Source of the DNA: Opitutales bacterium
GTDB lineage: Bacteria > Verrucomicrobiota > Verrucomicrobiia > Opitutales > JABSRG01
Direction: 5' to 3'
Assembly (NCBI GenBank): GCA_049599475.1
Contig: JBMYOQ010000001.1
Span: forward strand, 32,001-96,000
Length of the DNA: 64,000 nucleotides
Below are positions 28,227 to 38,551 of the stretch, one piece after another (within the stretch, counting starts at the first letter, position 1; each line of letters begins with the position of its first letter). Position numbers and translations under genes: made by a program. The notes under the pieces were generated by a model. It had not been told where the DNA came from. It searched no databases and saw only the letters and a list, made by a program, of their open reading frames with translations.

Positions 28227-31064
28227 TCAGGCAAACTTTGTTTGGAGTGCTTCGGCACATCGAGGAGATACATCGCCCCATGCGCCTGCGCTGGTAAGTT
28301 CAGGAACCCAGCGCCAACTTCGTGGGCAGCGCACCCAGCCAGAATCGGCAGCAGGTGCCGCGGTAACTTGGATAGATGCTTCTGATTCCGAAGTCGCAGT
28401 GACCGAGACGCCTGAAACGTTCAAGAGTTCCGTAAGCTGCTCGTTGTCGGTGGATTGTAAAAGTGAACTCAATGCGTGCGTTTCTGAAATGTTGATATCT
28501 ACGCGGGCGTCAAGTGATTGACCGATCTTTTTTTCCTGGCGCAGACTTTCCAAGACCTCATTAACATGATCGGTTTTGAATTTTAGCAAGTTGCTGACCG
28601 ATTCTGATGCTTCTGGATGTTTAAAGAAGTCGGTCACCTGCGGCCAATCGTCGCTGCTGAGCGGTGTGTCTCCCAGTTCACTGCTTGCGGTGAAGTAGCT
28701 CCACGCCTCGTCCGTTGTGAAAGGAAGCATGGGGGAGAGCAGGGCGGTGAGGCTCTTAAAGATGTGGTAAAGCGCTGTCTGCGAGGAGCGACGCTCGGGT
28801 GCATCAGGAGCCCAGGTGTAGAGACGATCCTTGAGGATGTCGTGATAGGTCGCCGAAAGCGTGATCGATACGAAATTCGCGATGAGCTGATAAGCGCGGT
28901 GGAACTCGTAGGCGTCGTAGTAGGCCTGAACCTGCTCTATGAGTTCCCCCATCTGATGGAGCGCCCATTTGTCCAGATCAGTCAGCGCATCCACCGACAC
29001 GCTGTTTTGCTCCGCATCGAAATCGTAAAGATTTCCATGGAGGAAACGGAAGGTGTTGCGCAGAGTGCGGTAGGTGTTGCCAACATTTTTGATCAGCTTT
29101 TCGGAAACAGGGATGTCCCCGCGGAAATCTTGTGAGCAGATCCAAAGGCGCACCACATCGGCTCCAAACTGCTTGATGTAGCTGTCGGAGGTCTGTGGTT
29201 TGGATTTGGTGCCGTCGGACTTCGAAATCTTGGTGCCGTCTTCCTTTACGATGTAGCCGTGGGTGACGAGCTCCTTGTAAGGGGCATTCCCGTGCGTGAA
29301 GCTACCGATCCAAAGAGAGCTCTGGAACCAGCCGCGGTGTTGGTCGCTACCTTCCAGGTAAAGGTCGGCTGGGCGTGCGAGGTCTGGGTGTTTCGCAAGG
29401 ACTGCGTTTTGCGAGGACGCGGAATCGATCCATACGTCGAGTGTGTCGCGCCCAAGGGTGAGTGCGCTCGCTTGTGGCCAATCTGCCGGAAGCTCGACGC
29501 CTTCGAGGATTTGCTCAGCGCTCCACTCGAACCAGATGTTCGAGCCGTGTTGGCGGACTTTTTCAGCGACACCATGCACGACGGAGGCTTCCATGTAAGC
29601 CTGGCCGTTTGCATCGTAAAATGCGGGGATTGGCACACCCCAGGAGCGTTGGCGTGAGATGCACCAGTCTGGACGAGTTTCCACAGCACCAGTGATGCGG
29701 TTCCGTCCCCAATCGGGGATAAAGCTTACGGCCTCGAGAGCCTTGAGCGCTTCGTCGCGGCTACCATCCTTATCCAGAGCGATGAACCACTGATCCATCG
29801 CGCGGAAGATCACGGGAGTCTTCGAGCGCCAGCAGTGCGGGTAAGAGTGTGTGTAGGGCTTGAGCGAAAGCAGTGAGCCATTGCCTTCGATGATCTGGAG
29901 GACTCCCTTGTTTGCCGCCGCGCGGCCCTTGATCTCAAGAGTCGACAGTCCGACCAACTCTGCCGGGATCTGACCATCGTCGATGTAGCAGGCGTTGTCG
30001 TCGAGAGGACAATAAATTTCGAGGCCGTATTTGAGGCCTGTCTGGTAGTCATCGAGACCGTGCCCAGGCGCGGTGTGCACGAGGCCCGTTCCGCTGTCGA
30101 TTGTTACGTAGTCTGCCAGGACGACAGGGCTCGAGCGATCGATGAAAGGATGCTTGTATGTGAGCTTATCGAATTCGGATCCCTTGTAGACGTTTTCGCC
30201 GATTACCGCGCCTTCCATCTCGCAGGTCTCGGCGACCGATTCGGCGAGCTCCTTTGCCAGGATGAATTTTTCACCACCGTGGGATACGATGACATACTCG
30301 ATCTCGGGGCCAGCAGCTACCGCCAAGTTGGCGGGAAGGGTCCATGGAGTCGTGGTCCAAATGACTACGTTGAGAGGGCCTGATTCACCGATGGCTTCCG
30401 GGTTCTCAACTGCAAACTTCACGTAGATCGACGGGCTCTTCTTTTCCTTATACTCGATCTCCGCTTCGGCCAGAGCCGTCTTGCAGGGGATAGACCAGTA
30501 GACGGGCTTTTTCGAGCGGTAGAGGAGGTCTTTTTCGACAACCTTTGCGAGCCCGATCAATTCTTCGGCTTCGTAATCGGGGTCGATCGTGCGGTATTCT
30601 TCCTTCCAATCAGCGAGGATGCCGAGACGTTGGAACTGGCCGCGCTGGATCTCGATAAAATTGTTCGCAAATGCCTCACACTCCTTGCGGATCTGGAGGG
30701 CTTCGAGGTCCTTTCCTGCATCCTTGAGCTGAGTCATTACCTTGTGCTCGATCGGTAGACCGTGGGAATCCCAGCCTGGAATGTAGGGGCAGACGTAGCC
30801 GCGCATGCGTTTGTAGCGCAGAATCGTATCCTTGAGAGTCTTGTTCAAGGCAGTGCCGATGTGCACATCGCCATTGGTGAATGGAGGTCCGTCATGCAGG
30901 ACGAAAAGCTCACCTCCGTCGGCTTTGTTCTTTTCCGTAATTCGTTGATAGACACCGGTTTGGGCCCAATGCTCAATGCGTTTGGGCTCGCGCTCAACAA
31001 GGTTGCCGCGCATGGGAAAGTCGGTTTGCGGCAGGTTGAGGGTATCTTTCAATTTATCACTCAT
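28227..31064 (-). CDS. ileS: Isoleucine--tRNA ligase (IleRS1)
   Basis: TLNLPQTDFPM, HDGPP..HIGT, WTTTPWTLP, DWCISRQR, EGSDQHRGWF, KISKS. Confidence 0.96.
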   Translation of the reverse strand: MSDKLKDTLNLPQTDFPMRGNLVEREPKRIEHWAQTGVYQRITEKNKADGGELFVLHDGPPFTNGDVHIGTALNKTLKDTILRYKRMRGYVCPYIPGWDSHGLPIEHKVMTQLKDAGKDLEALQIRKECEAFANNFIEIQRGQFQRLGILADWKEEYRTIDPDYEAEELIGLAKVVEKDLLYRSKKPVYWSIPCKTALAEAEIEYKEKKSPSIYVKFAVENPEAIGESGPLNVVIWTTTPWTLPANLAVAAGPEIEYVIVSHGGEKFILAKELAESVAETCEMEGAVIGENVYKGSEFDKLTYKHPFIDRSSPVVLADYVTIDSGTGLVHTAPGHGLDDYQTGLKYGLEIYCPLDDNACYIDDGQIPAELVGLSTLEIKGRAAANKGVLQIIEGNGSLLSLKPYTHSYPHCWRSKTPVIFRAMDQWFIALDKDGSRDEALKALEAVSFIPDWGRNRITGAVETRPDWCISRQRSWGVPIPAFYDANGQAYMEASVVHGVAEKVRQHGSNIWFEWSAEQILEGVELPADWPQASALTLGRDTLDVWIDSASSQNAVLAKHPDLARPADLYLEGSDQHRGWFQSSLWIGSFTHGNAPYKELVTHGYIVKEDGTKISKSDGTKSKPQTSDSYIKQFGADVVRLWICSQDFRGDIPVSEKLIKNVGNTYRTLRNTFRFLHGNLYDFDAEQNSVSVDALTDLDKWALHQMGELIEQVQAYYDAYEFHRAYQLIANFVSITLSATYHDILKDRLYTWAPDAPERRSSQTALYHIFKSLTALLSPMLPFTTDEAWSYFTASSELGDTPLSSDDWPQVTDFFKHPEASESVSNLLKFKTDHVNEVLESLRQEKKIGQSLDARVDINISETHALSSLLQSTDNEQLTELLNVSGVSVTATSESEASIQVTAAPAADSGWVRCPRSWRWVPELTSAGAWGDVSPRCAEALQTKFA

Positions 31065-31270
31065 AAGTTGCGTCTAAGAAATTCATCTTGGGACGAAGCG
31101 CGACAGCATGCTTCAGCGAAACGGTGAGTCAAGACACTCCGACCCTCAGTGGGGCTTTATTCTAAACCGAGTGGATTCTAGTCGGTTAACACGTCGTTCA
31201 GGTGCCTTGTGGCGCCTCGGATCGTTCAGCGAGGACGCCGGAATGTCGCTAACTTGAGGATGATGTCAGG

Positions 31271-31357
31271 GGTAGCAGCCGATTTCCGAGCGGCTGTATG
31301 CTGCGTAACAGATGTGCGAAATTGCTGTCTTCCACCGCTTGGAGATCGGTGGCTACC
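31271..31357. repeat. REP-like family B inverted doublet
   Basis: GGTAGCAGCCGATTTCCGAGCGG (31271) and the reverse complement of GGTAGCCACCGATCTCCAAGCGGTGGA (31331-31357). Confidence 0.7.
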
Positions 31358-31475
31358 CCAATTTCCCTCAGAAGGTAGCAATATCCGAGGGCGCTTTGCC
31401 CTGCTTCAGATTCATGAAGAATTCTAACCGAAAAGGCTTTTTATCGGGAGAAACCTTTGTCAGGTTGCGAGGCCG

Positions 31476-32465
31476 ATGACTTTGCTCGCTTTCATCTCTA
31501 TTCCCTACGCATCTTTTGCTGTCTGGCTCCTGCTCATCCTGATGGTCGTGGGAATCGCTCTGCTGTATTTTGGAGGCGACTATCTTACTCAGGGTGCCTC
31601 GGGCTTAGCGCTTGGACTGAAAATCAATCCGATCGTCGTAGGTCTTACTGTGGTATCGATCGCGACCTCCGCTCCAGAATTGCTCACGGCCTTATTCGCC
31701 GTGATGGCGGGTCAGGATGATCTGGCGATGGGTAACATCGTGGGCAGTAATTTGGCTAACATCGGCCTGATTTTCGGAATCGGGGCAATGGTGTTCCCCA
31801 TTGGGATTCAAAGGCGTCTCATCAAGGTCGAGAATCCCATTTTGATGGCCGTTACCCTTACCTTTTTCTTCTTTTGTTTTGAAGGCGAAATCAATCGTAC
31901 TGAGGGCATTATCCTGCTGCTGATCATGGCAGTTGCGATTACCCTGTTGGTGAAGTTTGCCAAAAGTGGGACTGCTCCTGAGGGCGAGGAGATTGAAAGT
32001 GCCGGCTCCGTTCCGAAATCTGTAATCTTTGTGGTTATTGGAAGTGTCGGATTGGCCCTAGGGGCGAGCGTTCTTGTGGATAGCTCCAAGGAACTCGCGG
32101 GTCGTTTGGGAGTGAGCGAAGCCCTGATCGGGGCGACGATGGTGGCCATCGGAACCAGCTTACCCGAACTGGCTGCGACCATTGTAGCCGCGGCACGCAA
32201 AGAAGCCGATTTGATTGCGGGAAATATCATTGGCTCCAATTTCTTTAATCTAGTCCTCATCGGTGGAGCGGTGGCCGTTGTAAAACCGATCGCGGTATCT
32301 CCGACATTTTTCTCGTTCCAGCTCCCCGCGGTGTTAGTCGCGACAGCGTTGATGTGGATCCTCAGCAGTATCGGTAAAAATATGACCCGCCGCGACGGGA
32401 TCATCCTTCTCGTATTCTACGCCGTGGTGATCGGAGTAATCGTGCAGCAAGAATTCGTGGGGTAG
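31476..32465 (+). CDS. Calcium/sodium antiporter (YrbG-like)
   Basis: Two alpha repeats: TSAPE..GNIVGSN and GTSLPE..GNIIGSN. Confidence 0.9.
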   Translation: MTLLAFISIPYASFAVWLLLILMVVGIALLYFGGDYLTQGASGLALGLKINPIVVGLTVVSIATSAPELLTALFAVMAGQDDLAMGNIVGSNLANIGLIFGIGAMVFPIGIQRRLIKVENPILMAVTLTFFFFCFEGEINRTEGIILLLIMAVAITLLVKFAKSGTAPEGEEIESAGSVPKSVIFVVIGSVGLALGASVLVDSSKELAGRLGVSEALIGATMVAIGTSLPELAATIVAAARKEADLIAGNIIGSNFFNLVLIGGAVAVVKPIAVSPTFFSFQLPAVLVATALMWILSSIGKNMTRRDGIILLVFYAVVIGVIVQQEFVG

Positions 32466-32479
32466 GGTGGCTATATCGG

Positions 32480-32607
32480 TTCTCAAAAGTGTTTTCGTTT
32501 ATTTTGGTAGAAGCCGACGACCCCCGCGGCTTTTCAGCGCATATTCGGCCGCCGGGGTCGTCGGCCGCTACCTTTGGTTTACGAATGTACTTTTGAGAAT
32601 TAGTCTA
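32480..32607. repeat. MITE/REPIN-like element: TTCTCAAAAGT...ACTTTTGAGAA enclosing a GTAG REP doublet
   Basis: 11-bp perfect inverted ends (32480-32490/32589-32599); inner inverted pair 32506-32572. Confidence 0.65.
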
Positions 32608-32672
32608 AAAGGCGGCATGAATTGCGTCAATTAGTCGCAGTGCAGGGCATTAAAGGCATTTCGCATGTGAGC

Positions 32673-32699
32673 GGTGGGGCGAACCGTCTCGGTTAGCTG
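32673..32699 (+). repeat. REP-like family A copy
   Basis: GGTGGGGCGAACCGTCTCGGTTAGC. Confidence 0.65.
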
Positions 32700-32816
32700 T
32701 TGATAAACTTTGTTGGATAGATACAAATACGGCCTACACGGGCTTGAGTCCGTGGGACGTTTGCCTGCGCAGGCCGCATTGGTATATTCCTAACCAGCGG
32801 AAATATGTATTGAGGA

Positions 32817-34214
32817 CTAGATCTTGAAGTAATCCGCAGCGTTCTGGTAGCTGATGCGCTTTACCATGTCGCCAATTAATTCAAAGTCGTTAGGTACTTC
32901 GCCGTTTACCATATCCTCGCCCAGGAGGTTGCAAAGTATGCGGCGGAAGTATTCATGACGTGGATACGATAGGAAAGAGCGCGAATCGGTCAGCATGCCT
33001 ACGAAGCGACTGAGGAGCCCCAGCTGAGACAGTGCGTTCATCTGGGCAATCATGCCATCTTTCTGGTCGAGGAACCACCAGCCGCTGCCGAATTGGATTT
33101 TTCCGGGGACGCTACCGTCCTGGAAATTGCCGATCATGGTCGCGAATTGGTAGTTGTTATTATCATTCAAATTGTAGAGGACGGTTTTAGGCAAACGACC
33201 TACACTGTCTAAGCTGTCTAGGAATCGACTGAGCTTTACGCCTTGTGGGAAATCTCCGATGGAATCGCAACCGATGTCAGCCCCGAGCTTCTTAAAGAGT
33301 CGCGTATTGTTGTTCCGCATCGCTCCGAGGTGGAGCTGCATGGTCCAGTCGCGCTCATGATTCCACTCGCCGACCGCGCGCATGATGCTAAAGGCAAAGG
33401 CTTCCTTCTCCTCCGCGGTCGCGGCTGTTCCGCTGCGGGCTTTATCGAATATTGCCGCGAGCTCTGCATCCGAAGCCTCTGCGAAAAAGGCACGCTCGAG
33501 TCCGTGATCGGAGAGTCGTGCTCCCACTGAATGGAAAAAGTCGTGACGGTTCTTCAGGGCACTGATCAGTTCGCTATACGACGCAATATCTGTATCGGCA
33601 GCGGATTCAAGAGTGCTCAGCCAGGAATTGAACAACTCTGGGTTGTCGACTTGCATGGCCTTGTCCGGGCGGAAAGTCGGGACAACCTTCGTGTCGATAC
33701 CAAGTTCTTTGATCTTCAGATGATGCGCCAGGCTATCCGCGGGATCGTCAGTGGTCCCGATGACCTTTACCTTGAATTTCTCCAAGATCCCATGCGCACA
33801 AAAATCTGGCTCAGCAAGCTTAGCATTGGCTTGTTCCCATATCGCGGGCGCATTGTCTTTATTGATCAGAAGATCGATGTCGAAGTAGCGCTTCAGCTCG
33901 ATATGGCTCCAGTGATACAAGGGATTTCGGAGGGTGTAGGGAACCGTCTCGCAGAATGCTAGAAACTTATCGTAGGGATCCGCGTCTCCCGTGCAGAGAT
34001 CTTCGGAAACTCCATTGGAACGCATGGCGCGCCATTTATAGTGATCCCCCTCGAGCCAGATTTCGAACAGATTTTCGAATCTGCGATTCGTCGCCACATC
34101 TTCTGGAGGTAGGTGACAGTGATAATCGTAGATCGGCTCGTCTTTGCTGTATTCATGGTACAGCTTCTTGGCCGGCTCAGATTGGAGAAGAAAGTCTTCT
34201 GTTAAAAAGGACAT
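32817..34214 (-). CDS. uxaC: Glucuronate (uronate) isomerase
   Basis: DYHCHL, GDHYKWRAMR, TTDDP, GSGWWFLDQ, GMLTDSRSFLSYPRHEYFRR. Confidence 0.96.
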   Translation of the reverse strand: MSFLTEDFLLQSEPAKKLYHEYSKDEPIYDYHCHLPPEDVATNRRFENLFEIWLEGDHYKWRAMRSNGVSEDLCTGDADPYDKFLAFCETVPYTLRNPLYHWSHIELKRYFDIDLLINKDNAPAIWEQANAKLAEPDFCAHGILEKFKVKVIGTTDDPADSLAHHLKIKELGIDTKVVPTFRPDKAMQVDNPELFNSWLSTLESAADTDIASYSELISALKNRHDFFHSVGARLSDHGLERAFFAEASDAELAAIFDKARSGTAATAEEKEAFAFSIMRAVGEWNHERDWTMQLHLGAMRNNNTRLFKKLGADIGCDSIGDFPQGVKLSRFLDSLDSVGRLPKTVLYNLNDNNNYQFATMIGNFQDGSVPGKIQFGSGWWFLDQKDGMIAQMNALSQLGLLSRFVGMLTDSRSFLSYPRHEYFRRILCNLLGEDMVNGEVPNDFELIGDMVKRISYQNAADYFKI

Positions 34215-34223
34215 GGTTTAGAA

Positions 34224-34335
34224 AGGATGAAGGATGAGGGATGAAGGATGACGTAGCGCGAAGCGGGTGCCCTTTGGGCAGTCTGAGCCGCAAACTGAGC
34301 GTAGACTGTCGAAAAGCGCCTCATCCTTCATCCTT
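34224..34335. repeat. Heptamer tandem repeats in inverted arrangement
   Basis: (RGGATGA)x4 at 34224-34251 and (TCATCCT)x2 at 34321-34334. Confidence 0.7.
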
Positions 34336-34339
34336 AAAA

Positions 34340-35116
34340 TTAGATCGTCATCGCGGCGTATCCGCCGTCTACTACAATTTCGGTTCCGGTCATGAAGCTG
34401 CCTGCTCCTGAAGCTAGAAGAAGCGTTGCGCCAATGAGTTCATTGGATGTTCCGAAGCGCTTCATCGGTGTGTGTCCCATGATGGAGGATACACGATCGG
34501 GTGAGAGCACCTTTTTATTTTGCTCCGCTGGGAAGAAGCCAGGAACGAGTGTGTTCACACGGATGTTCTCAGTGGCCCATTCGCGAGCAAGGTTCTTAGA
34601 AATATTGTGTACTGCTGCCTTGGATGCAGAGTAAGTGAATACGCGCGAGAGCGGTATTAGGCCAGACATCGATCCGAGATTGATGATGCTTCCACCTTTG
34701 CCTGCTTCGAGCATAGATTTTCCGAATACCTGGCACGCGACGAAGAGGGCCTTGAAGTTGATATTCATGATCCAGTCGAGTTCGTCTTCTGGAATCTCCA
34801 GGAAAGGAGTCGGTGAGTTTACGCCAGCCCCGTTCACGAGGATGTCGGTGCCGCCAAATTCGGTAATTATTTGAGCAGCGAGGGCTTCGAGGCTTTCTTT
34901 TGAGCCGACATCGCACTTGATGAAAGAGGATGTGCCGCCGAGTTCTTTAATCGAAGCCATGCGGGCCTCCGCTTTTTCCTGGCTGCGACCTACGAGGATG
35001 ACATTTGCGCCTGCTCCAGCGAGGCCTTCAGCCATAGCGCCGCAGAGTTCACCAGTGCCTCCGATGACGACGGCTGTTTTTCCTTCGAGAGAAAAGAGTG
35101 AGTTTAGGTATTCCAT
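34340..35116 (-). CDS. SDR oxidoreductase (mannonate/gluconate dehydrogenase-like)
   Basis: [24 protein letters not shown]; lies next to uxaC. Confidence 0.85.
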   Translation of the reverse strand: MEYLNSLFSLEGKTAVVIGGTGELCGAMAEGLAGAGANVILVGRSQEKAEARMASIKELGGTSSFIKCDVGSKESLEALAAQIITEFGGTDILVNGAGVNSPTPFLEIPEDELDWIMNINFKALFVACQVFGKSMLEAGKGGSIINLGSMSGLIPLSRVFTYSASKAAVHNISKNLAREWATENIRVNTLVPGFFPAEQNKKVLSPDRVSSIMGHTPMKRFGTSNELIGATLLLASGAGSFMTGTEIVVDGGYAAMTI

Positions 35117-35201
35117 TGTGGGATTCGTGAGTAGAAATTGTATGTGGATCCTCGAAAGCTTAATTATTCATTCAAGAGGAGCTCTGATGCAAATTAGTGA
35201 A

Positions 35202-35286
35202 GGTCGGGCGAACCGTCTCGGTGAGCCGCTGCGAATAAGTCTATTGGATCGTGTCTGAGCGGATCACCGAGACGGTTCGCCCTATC
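35202..35286. repeat. REP-like family A inverted doublet
   Basis: GGTCGGGCGAACCGTCTCGGTGAGCCGC ... GCGGATCACCGAGACGGTTCGCCCTATC. Confidence 0.8.
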
Positions 35287-35321
35287 TTTTGTTTTCGAAA
35301 ATGCTTTTGGAAAGGAGATAA

Positions 35322-35344
35322 GGGACGCCCGTGGAGGGCGTCCC
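35322..35344. terminator. GC-rich hairpin after kdgK
   Basis: GGGACGCCC-GTGGA-GGGCGTCCC perfect 9-bp stem; weak U-tract. Confidence 0.5.
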
Positions 35345-35359
35345 CGACTGTCATAATTA

Positions 35360-36457
35360 TTAGCGTACGACGCGGGCGCCGCCGCCGGACATAACTTTTT
35401 CGACTTCCTTGACGTTGGCCATTGTGGTGTCGCCAGGTGTTGTCATCGCGAGAGCTCCGTGAGCAGCACCGTAGTTTACAGCCTTCTCAGGGTCTTGCGT
35501 GGTAATCATTCCGTAGATGTAGCCAGACGCGAAGCTATCGCCTCCGCCTACGCGGTCGAAGATTTCGAGATCTGGGTAAGGACGGCTTTCGTAGAATTCG
35601 CCATCGTGCCATGTGATCGCACCCCAGTCGTTGATGGTCGCAGTCTTTACGCCGCGGAGAGTGGTCGCCGTTGCCTTGAAATTTGGATACGCAGCTACCA
35701 CCTTTTCGATCATTGCCTTGAAGGAATCGATTTCGATGTTGGAGATGTTTTCGTCGACACCTTCAACTTCGAATCCGAGACATGCGGTGAAATCCTCTTC
35801 GTTGCCGATCATCACGTCGACATACTTAGCAATTTCCTTGTTTACCTCCTGGGCCTTGGCGTGGCCACCGATGGATTCCCAGAGAGACGGGCGGTAGTTC
35901 AAATCGTATGACACGATGGTGCCGTATTTCTTAGCTGCCTTTACCGCTTCGAGGCAGACTTCAGCTGCAGACGCTGAGAGGGCTGCGAAAATACCACCCG
36001 TGTGGAACCAACGAACGCCGTCTTCACCAAAGATCTTTTCCCAGTCAATATCACCAGGCTTTAGCTGAGAGACAGCGGTGTTGCCACGGTCGACAGTGCC
36101 CTTCGCGCCACGGATACCGTAGCCACGCTCGGTGAAGTTCAGGCCGTTGCGTACGGTGCGACCGAGGCCATCGAAATCTTTCCACTGGACGTATTCGGTA
36201 TCTACGCCGCCCTGGAGGATGAAATCTTCTACGAGGCGGCCAACATCGTTGTCCGCAAACGCTGTGACAATCGCGGTTCGCTTGCCGAAGCAGCGACGCA
36301 TTCCGCGGGCGACATTGTATTCGCCTCCGCCTTCCCACGCTTGGAAAAAGCGAGTGGTACGCACGCGCCCATCACCTGGGTCCAGGCGGAGCATGACTTC
36401 GCCTAGGGAGACGAGGTCGTATTTACATTCAGATTCAGGTTTTACTTCGATAGCCAT
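35360..36457 (-). CDS. kdgK: PfkB-family sugar kinase, 2-dehydro-3-deoxygluconokinase-like
   Basis: LGEVMLRL, GGGEYNVA, YDLNYR, DRVGGGDSF; hexuronate context. Confidence 0.8.
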   Translation of the reverse strand: MAIEVKPESECKYDLVSLGEVMLRLDPGDGRVRTTRFFQAWEGGGEYNVARGMRRCFGKRTAIVTAFADNDVGRLVEDFILQGGVDTEYVQWKDFDGLGRTVRNGLNFTERGYGIRGAKGTVDRGNTAVSQLKPGDIDWEKIFGEDGVRWFHTGGIFAALSASAAEVCLEAVKAAKKYGTIVSYDLNYRPSLWESIGGHAKAQEVNKEIAKYVDVMIGNEEDFTACLGFEVEGVDENISNIEIDSFKAMIEKVVAAYPNFKATATTLRGVKTATINDWGAITWHDGEFYESRPYPDLEIFDRVGGGDSFASGYIYGMITTQDPEKAVNYGAAHGALAMTTPGDTTMANVKEVEKVMSGGGARVVR

Positions 36458-36478
36458 GATATTTGATGGATTAAAAGG

Positions 36479-37579
36479 TTATTTGTATTCTTTTAGTTCG
36501 GACAGATCCCAGGCCGCGAGCCCGCACTCTTCCGCGAGTTCGTTGAAACCTTCGAGTTCTGCTTTCGTGAAAAGGATGCCACCTGCTGCTGCGCATTTCT
36601 TGGCAGCTTGCGCTTCAAATTGTCCGGGTAGGATACAGCTTTCATTGCCGTGTCCGAGGATGTCACCTAGGACAGCTTTGATGTTCTCAGTCTGGTTGCG
36701 GCCTTGAGAGAACAGGCCTGCACTGAGCGCGTCTGGATGAATTACTTGGAAATAGAAGCAAGGCGCCCGTTTTTCGCCGTCTTCTTGGCCTTCCCAGCGT
36801 GAACGGACTGTGGGCAATCCTCCGCCGATGAAAGCTGCGACAATTTCGTTGATCAAGCTGAGTCCGTAGCCTTTGTGTGCACCGAAAGGTAGTAGAGCCT
36901 TGGCTGCTTTGGGATCGGTCGTGGGTACGCCGTTCTCATCCACGGCTGCATTTGGAGGAAGCTCCATGCCTTCTCGAGCAAATTGCTGCACGCGACCCAT
37001 GGCCACGACTGATGTTGCCCAATCGATGACGATTGGGTAGCCGATGGCGTCGACAGTTGGGAAGCCCCAGCTATGCGGGTTGGTGCCGAGTGTGGGGAAT
37101 TTTCCCATGAAGGGAACCACTTCTGTAAGGGCTGCGGTGCAATTGGTGTATGCGATGTATCCGCGCTCCGCAGCATCCATGACATAGCCTCCACCCCAGA
37201 GGTAGTGGAATGCATTGTCCACGGACACGGTTCCGACGCCGTATTTATCAGCCAACGAAATTGCTGTTTCGATGGCTTCCATTGCGGTCGCTTGGCCGAG
37301 CTTGCGCTGGGCGTCCCAAATTTCGACGGCTTCGAAGCGTGTATCGAGTTTTTTGATTTCTGCACCTGGAACGCAGCCACTTGCGCCACTTCCAAAGAGG
37401 TGGTCTAGGTGGAGGGCTTTGAGGGCGTTGTGAGTGCGGATACCGTGCTTGGAGGCGCGGGCTGCGAATTTGGCAGCTTGCTCTGACTCAGTGGCGTCGA
37501 ATCCACGGTGTTCATACGCGGCCTTGACCAGCGCATTGTGTTGCTCCTCGGGGAGGATATAGAATGTTTCGGAAGACAT
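36479..37579 (-). CDS. Ldh_2 (type 2 malate/L-lactate dehydrogenase) family oxidoreductase
   Basis: GIRTH, LGTNP, IDWATS, LLPFGAHKGYGL, ILPG. Confidence 0.85.
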   Translation of the reverse strand: MSSETFYILPEEQHNALVKAAYEHRGFDATESEQAAKFAARASKHGIRTHNALKALHLDHLFGSGASGCVPGAEIKKLDTRFEAVEIWDAQRKLGQATAMEAIETAISLADKYGVGTVSVDNAFHYLWGGGYVMDAAERGYIAYTNCTAALTEVVPFMGKFPTLGTNPHSWGFPTVDAIGYPIVIDWATSVVAMGRVQQFAREGMELPPNAAVDENGVPTTDPKAAKALLPFGAHKGYGLSLINEIVAAFIGGGLPTVRSRWEGQEDGEKRAPCFYFQVIHPDALSAGLFSQGRNQTENIKAVLGDILGHGNESCILPGQFEAQAAKKCAAAGGILFTKAELEGFNELAEECGLAAWDLSELKEYK

Positions 37580-37594
37580 TGTGGAGAGCAGGTA

Positions 37595-38551
37595 TTAGAT
37601 AGAATTGGCTTGGGCTTCGGGTTCTCTTCCTTCGAGGACCGCGAAAAGATTACGGATAGATTTACTGGCCTGGCGGACGACGGATTCGTTCGTGCGTGAG
37701 CCGATGTGTGGCGTGAGAATGCAGTTGGGCGCTCCTAAAAGCGGGTGGTCTGCTGGAGGCGGTTCTTGGTCGAGCACGTCCGATGCGTAGGCGGGAAGGG
37801 TGCCAGCATCCAGAGCCGCGCGAATGGCGTATTTGTCGACAACTTCGCCGCGTGAAGTATTCACGATGAAGGTGCCTGGCTTGAGCAGCTTAAGGGTTTC
37901 TTCATTAATCAAGCCCTTTGTCTCCGGTGTCGCTGGGACGTGGATGGAGATGACGTCTGACTCCTTGAGCAGAGTTTCGATCTCTGTGACACGCTCAACG
38001 CCGAACTCTTCGTTGTATTCATCTTTCCATGAACGATTGTGCACGATGACGCGCATACCGAATGCCTTGGCGCGGATGGCGACTTCTTTGGCAATACGTC
38101 CGAAACCGATGAGGCCAATTGTCTTCTCGAAAAGCTCGGTGCCTGTCATGCGTTTCCAGTTACCTTGGGCGACGTAGTTTGCTTCGGTTACAATCTTACG
38201 GCTGCAAGCGAGCATGAGGCCAAAGGTGTGCTCTGCGACGGTTGTTTGATTCACCCCAGGTGTGTAGGTGACTGGGATTTTAAGATCGGTCGCGCTCTCG
38301 AGATCGATTCGATCAAGACCGATACCATATTTTGAAATGACCTTCAGGCGTGGTAAGGACTTTTCCATGACGGCGCGAGTCATATCATCGTCGCCACATA
38401 GAAAGGCGTCGAAATCTCCGGCCAGCTCGAGCATTTTGGATTCTGGAAGTGGGCCGCGCTCACGCACGATTTCGTATCCCTTGGATGCCAAGAGCTCGTG
38501 ATGCGAGCCAGGGGTGTCTTGGAAGGAGGTGGTGGTTAATAGGATTCTCAT
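37595..38551 (-). CDS. D-isomer-specific 2-hydroxyacid dehydrogenase (PGDH-like, no ACT domain)
   Basis: VISKYGIGLD, GLIGFGRI, VNTSRG, DVLDQEP, TPHIG. Confidence 0.88.
   Translation of the reverse strand: MRILLTTTSFQDTPGSHHELLASKGYEIVRERGPLPESKMLELAGDFDAFLCGDDDMTRAVMEKSLPRLKVISKYGIGLDRIDLESATDLKIPVTYTPGVNQTTVAEHTFGLMLACSRKIVTEANYVAQGNWKRMTGTELFEKTIGLIGFGRIAKEVAIRAKAFGMRVIVHNRSWKDEYNEEFGVERVTEIETLLKESDVISIHVPATPETKGLINEETLKLLKPGTFIVNTSRGEVVDKYAIRAALDAGTLPAYASDVLDQEPPPADHPLLGAPNCILTPHIGSRTNESVVRQASKSIRNLFAVLEGREPEAQANSI

Noticed and set aside
31065..31270. T-box riboswitch upstream of ileS
   Set aside because: No T-box consensus or terminator/antiterminator is recognisable on the minus strand
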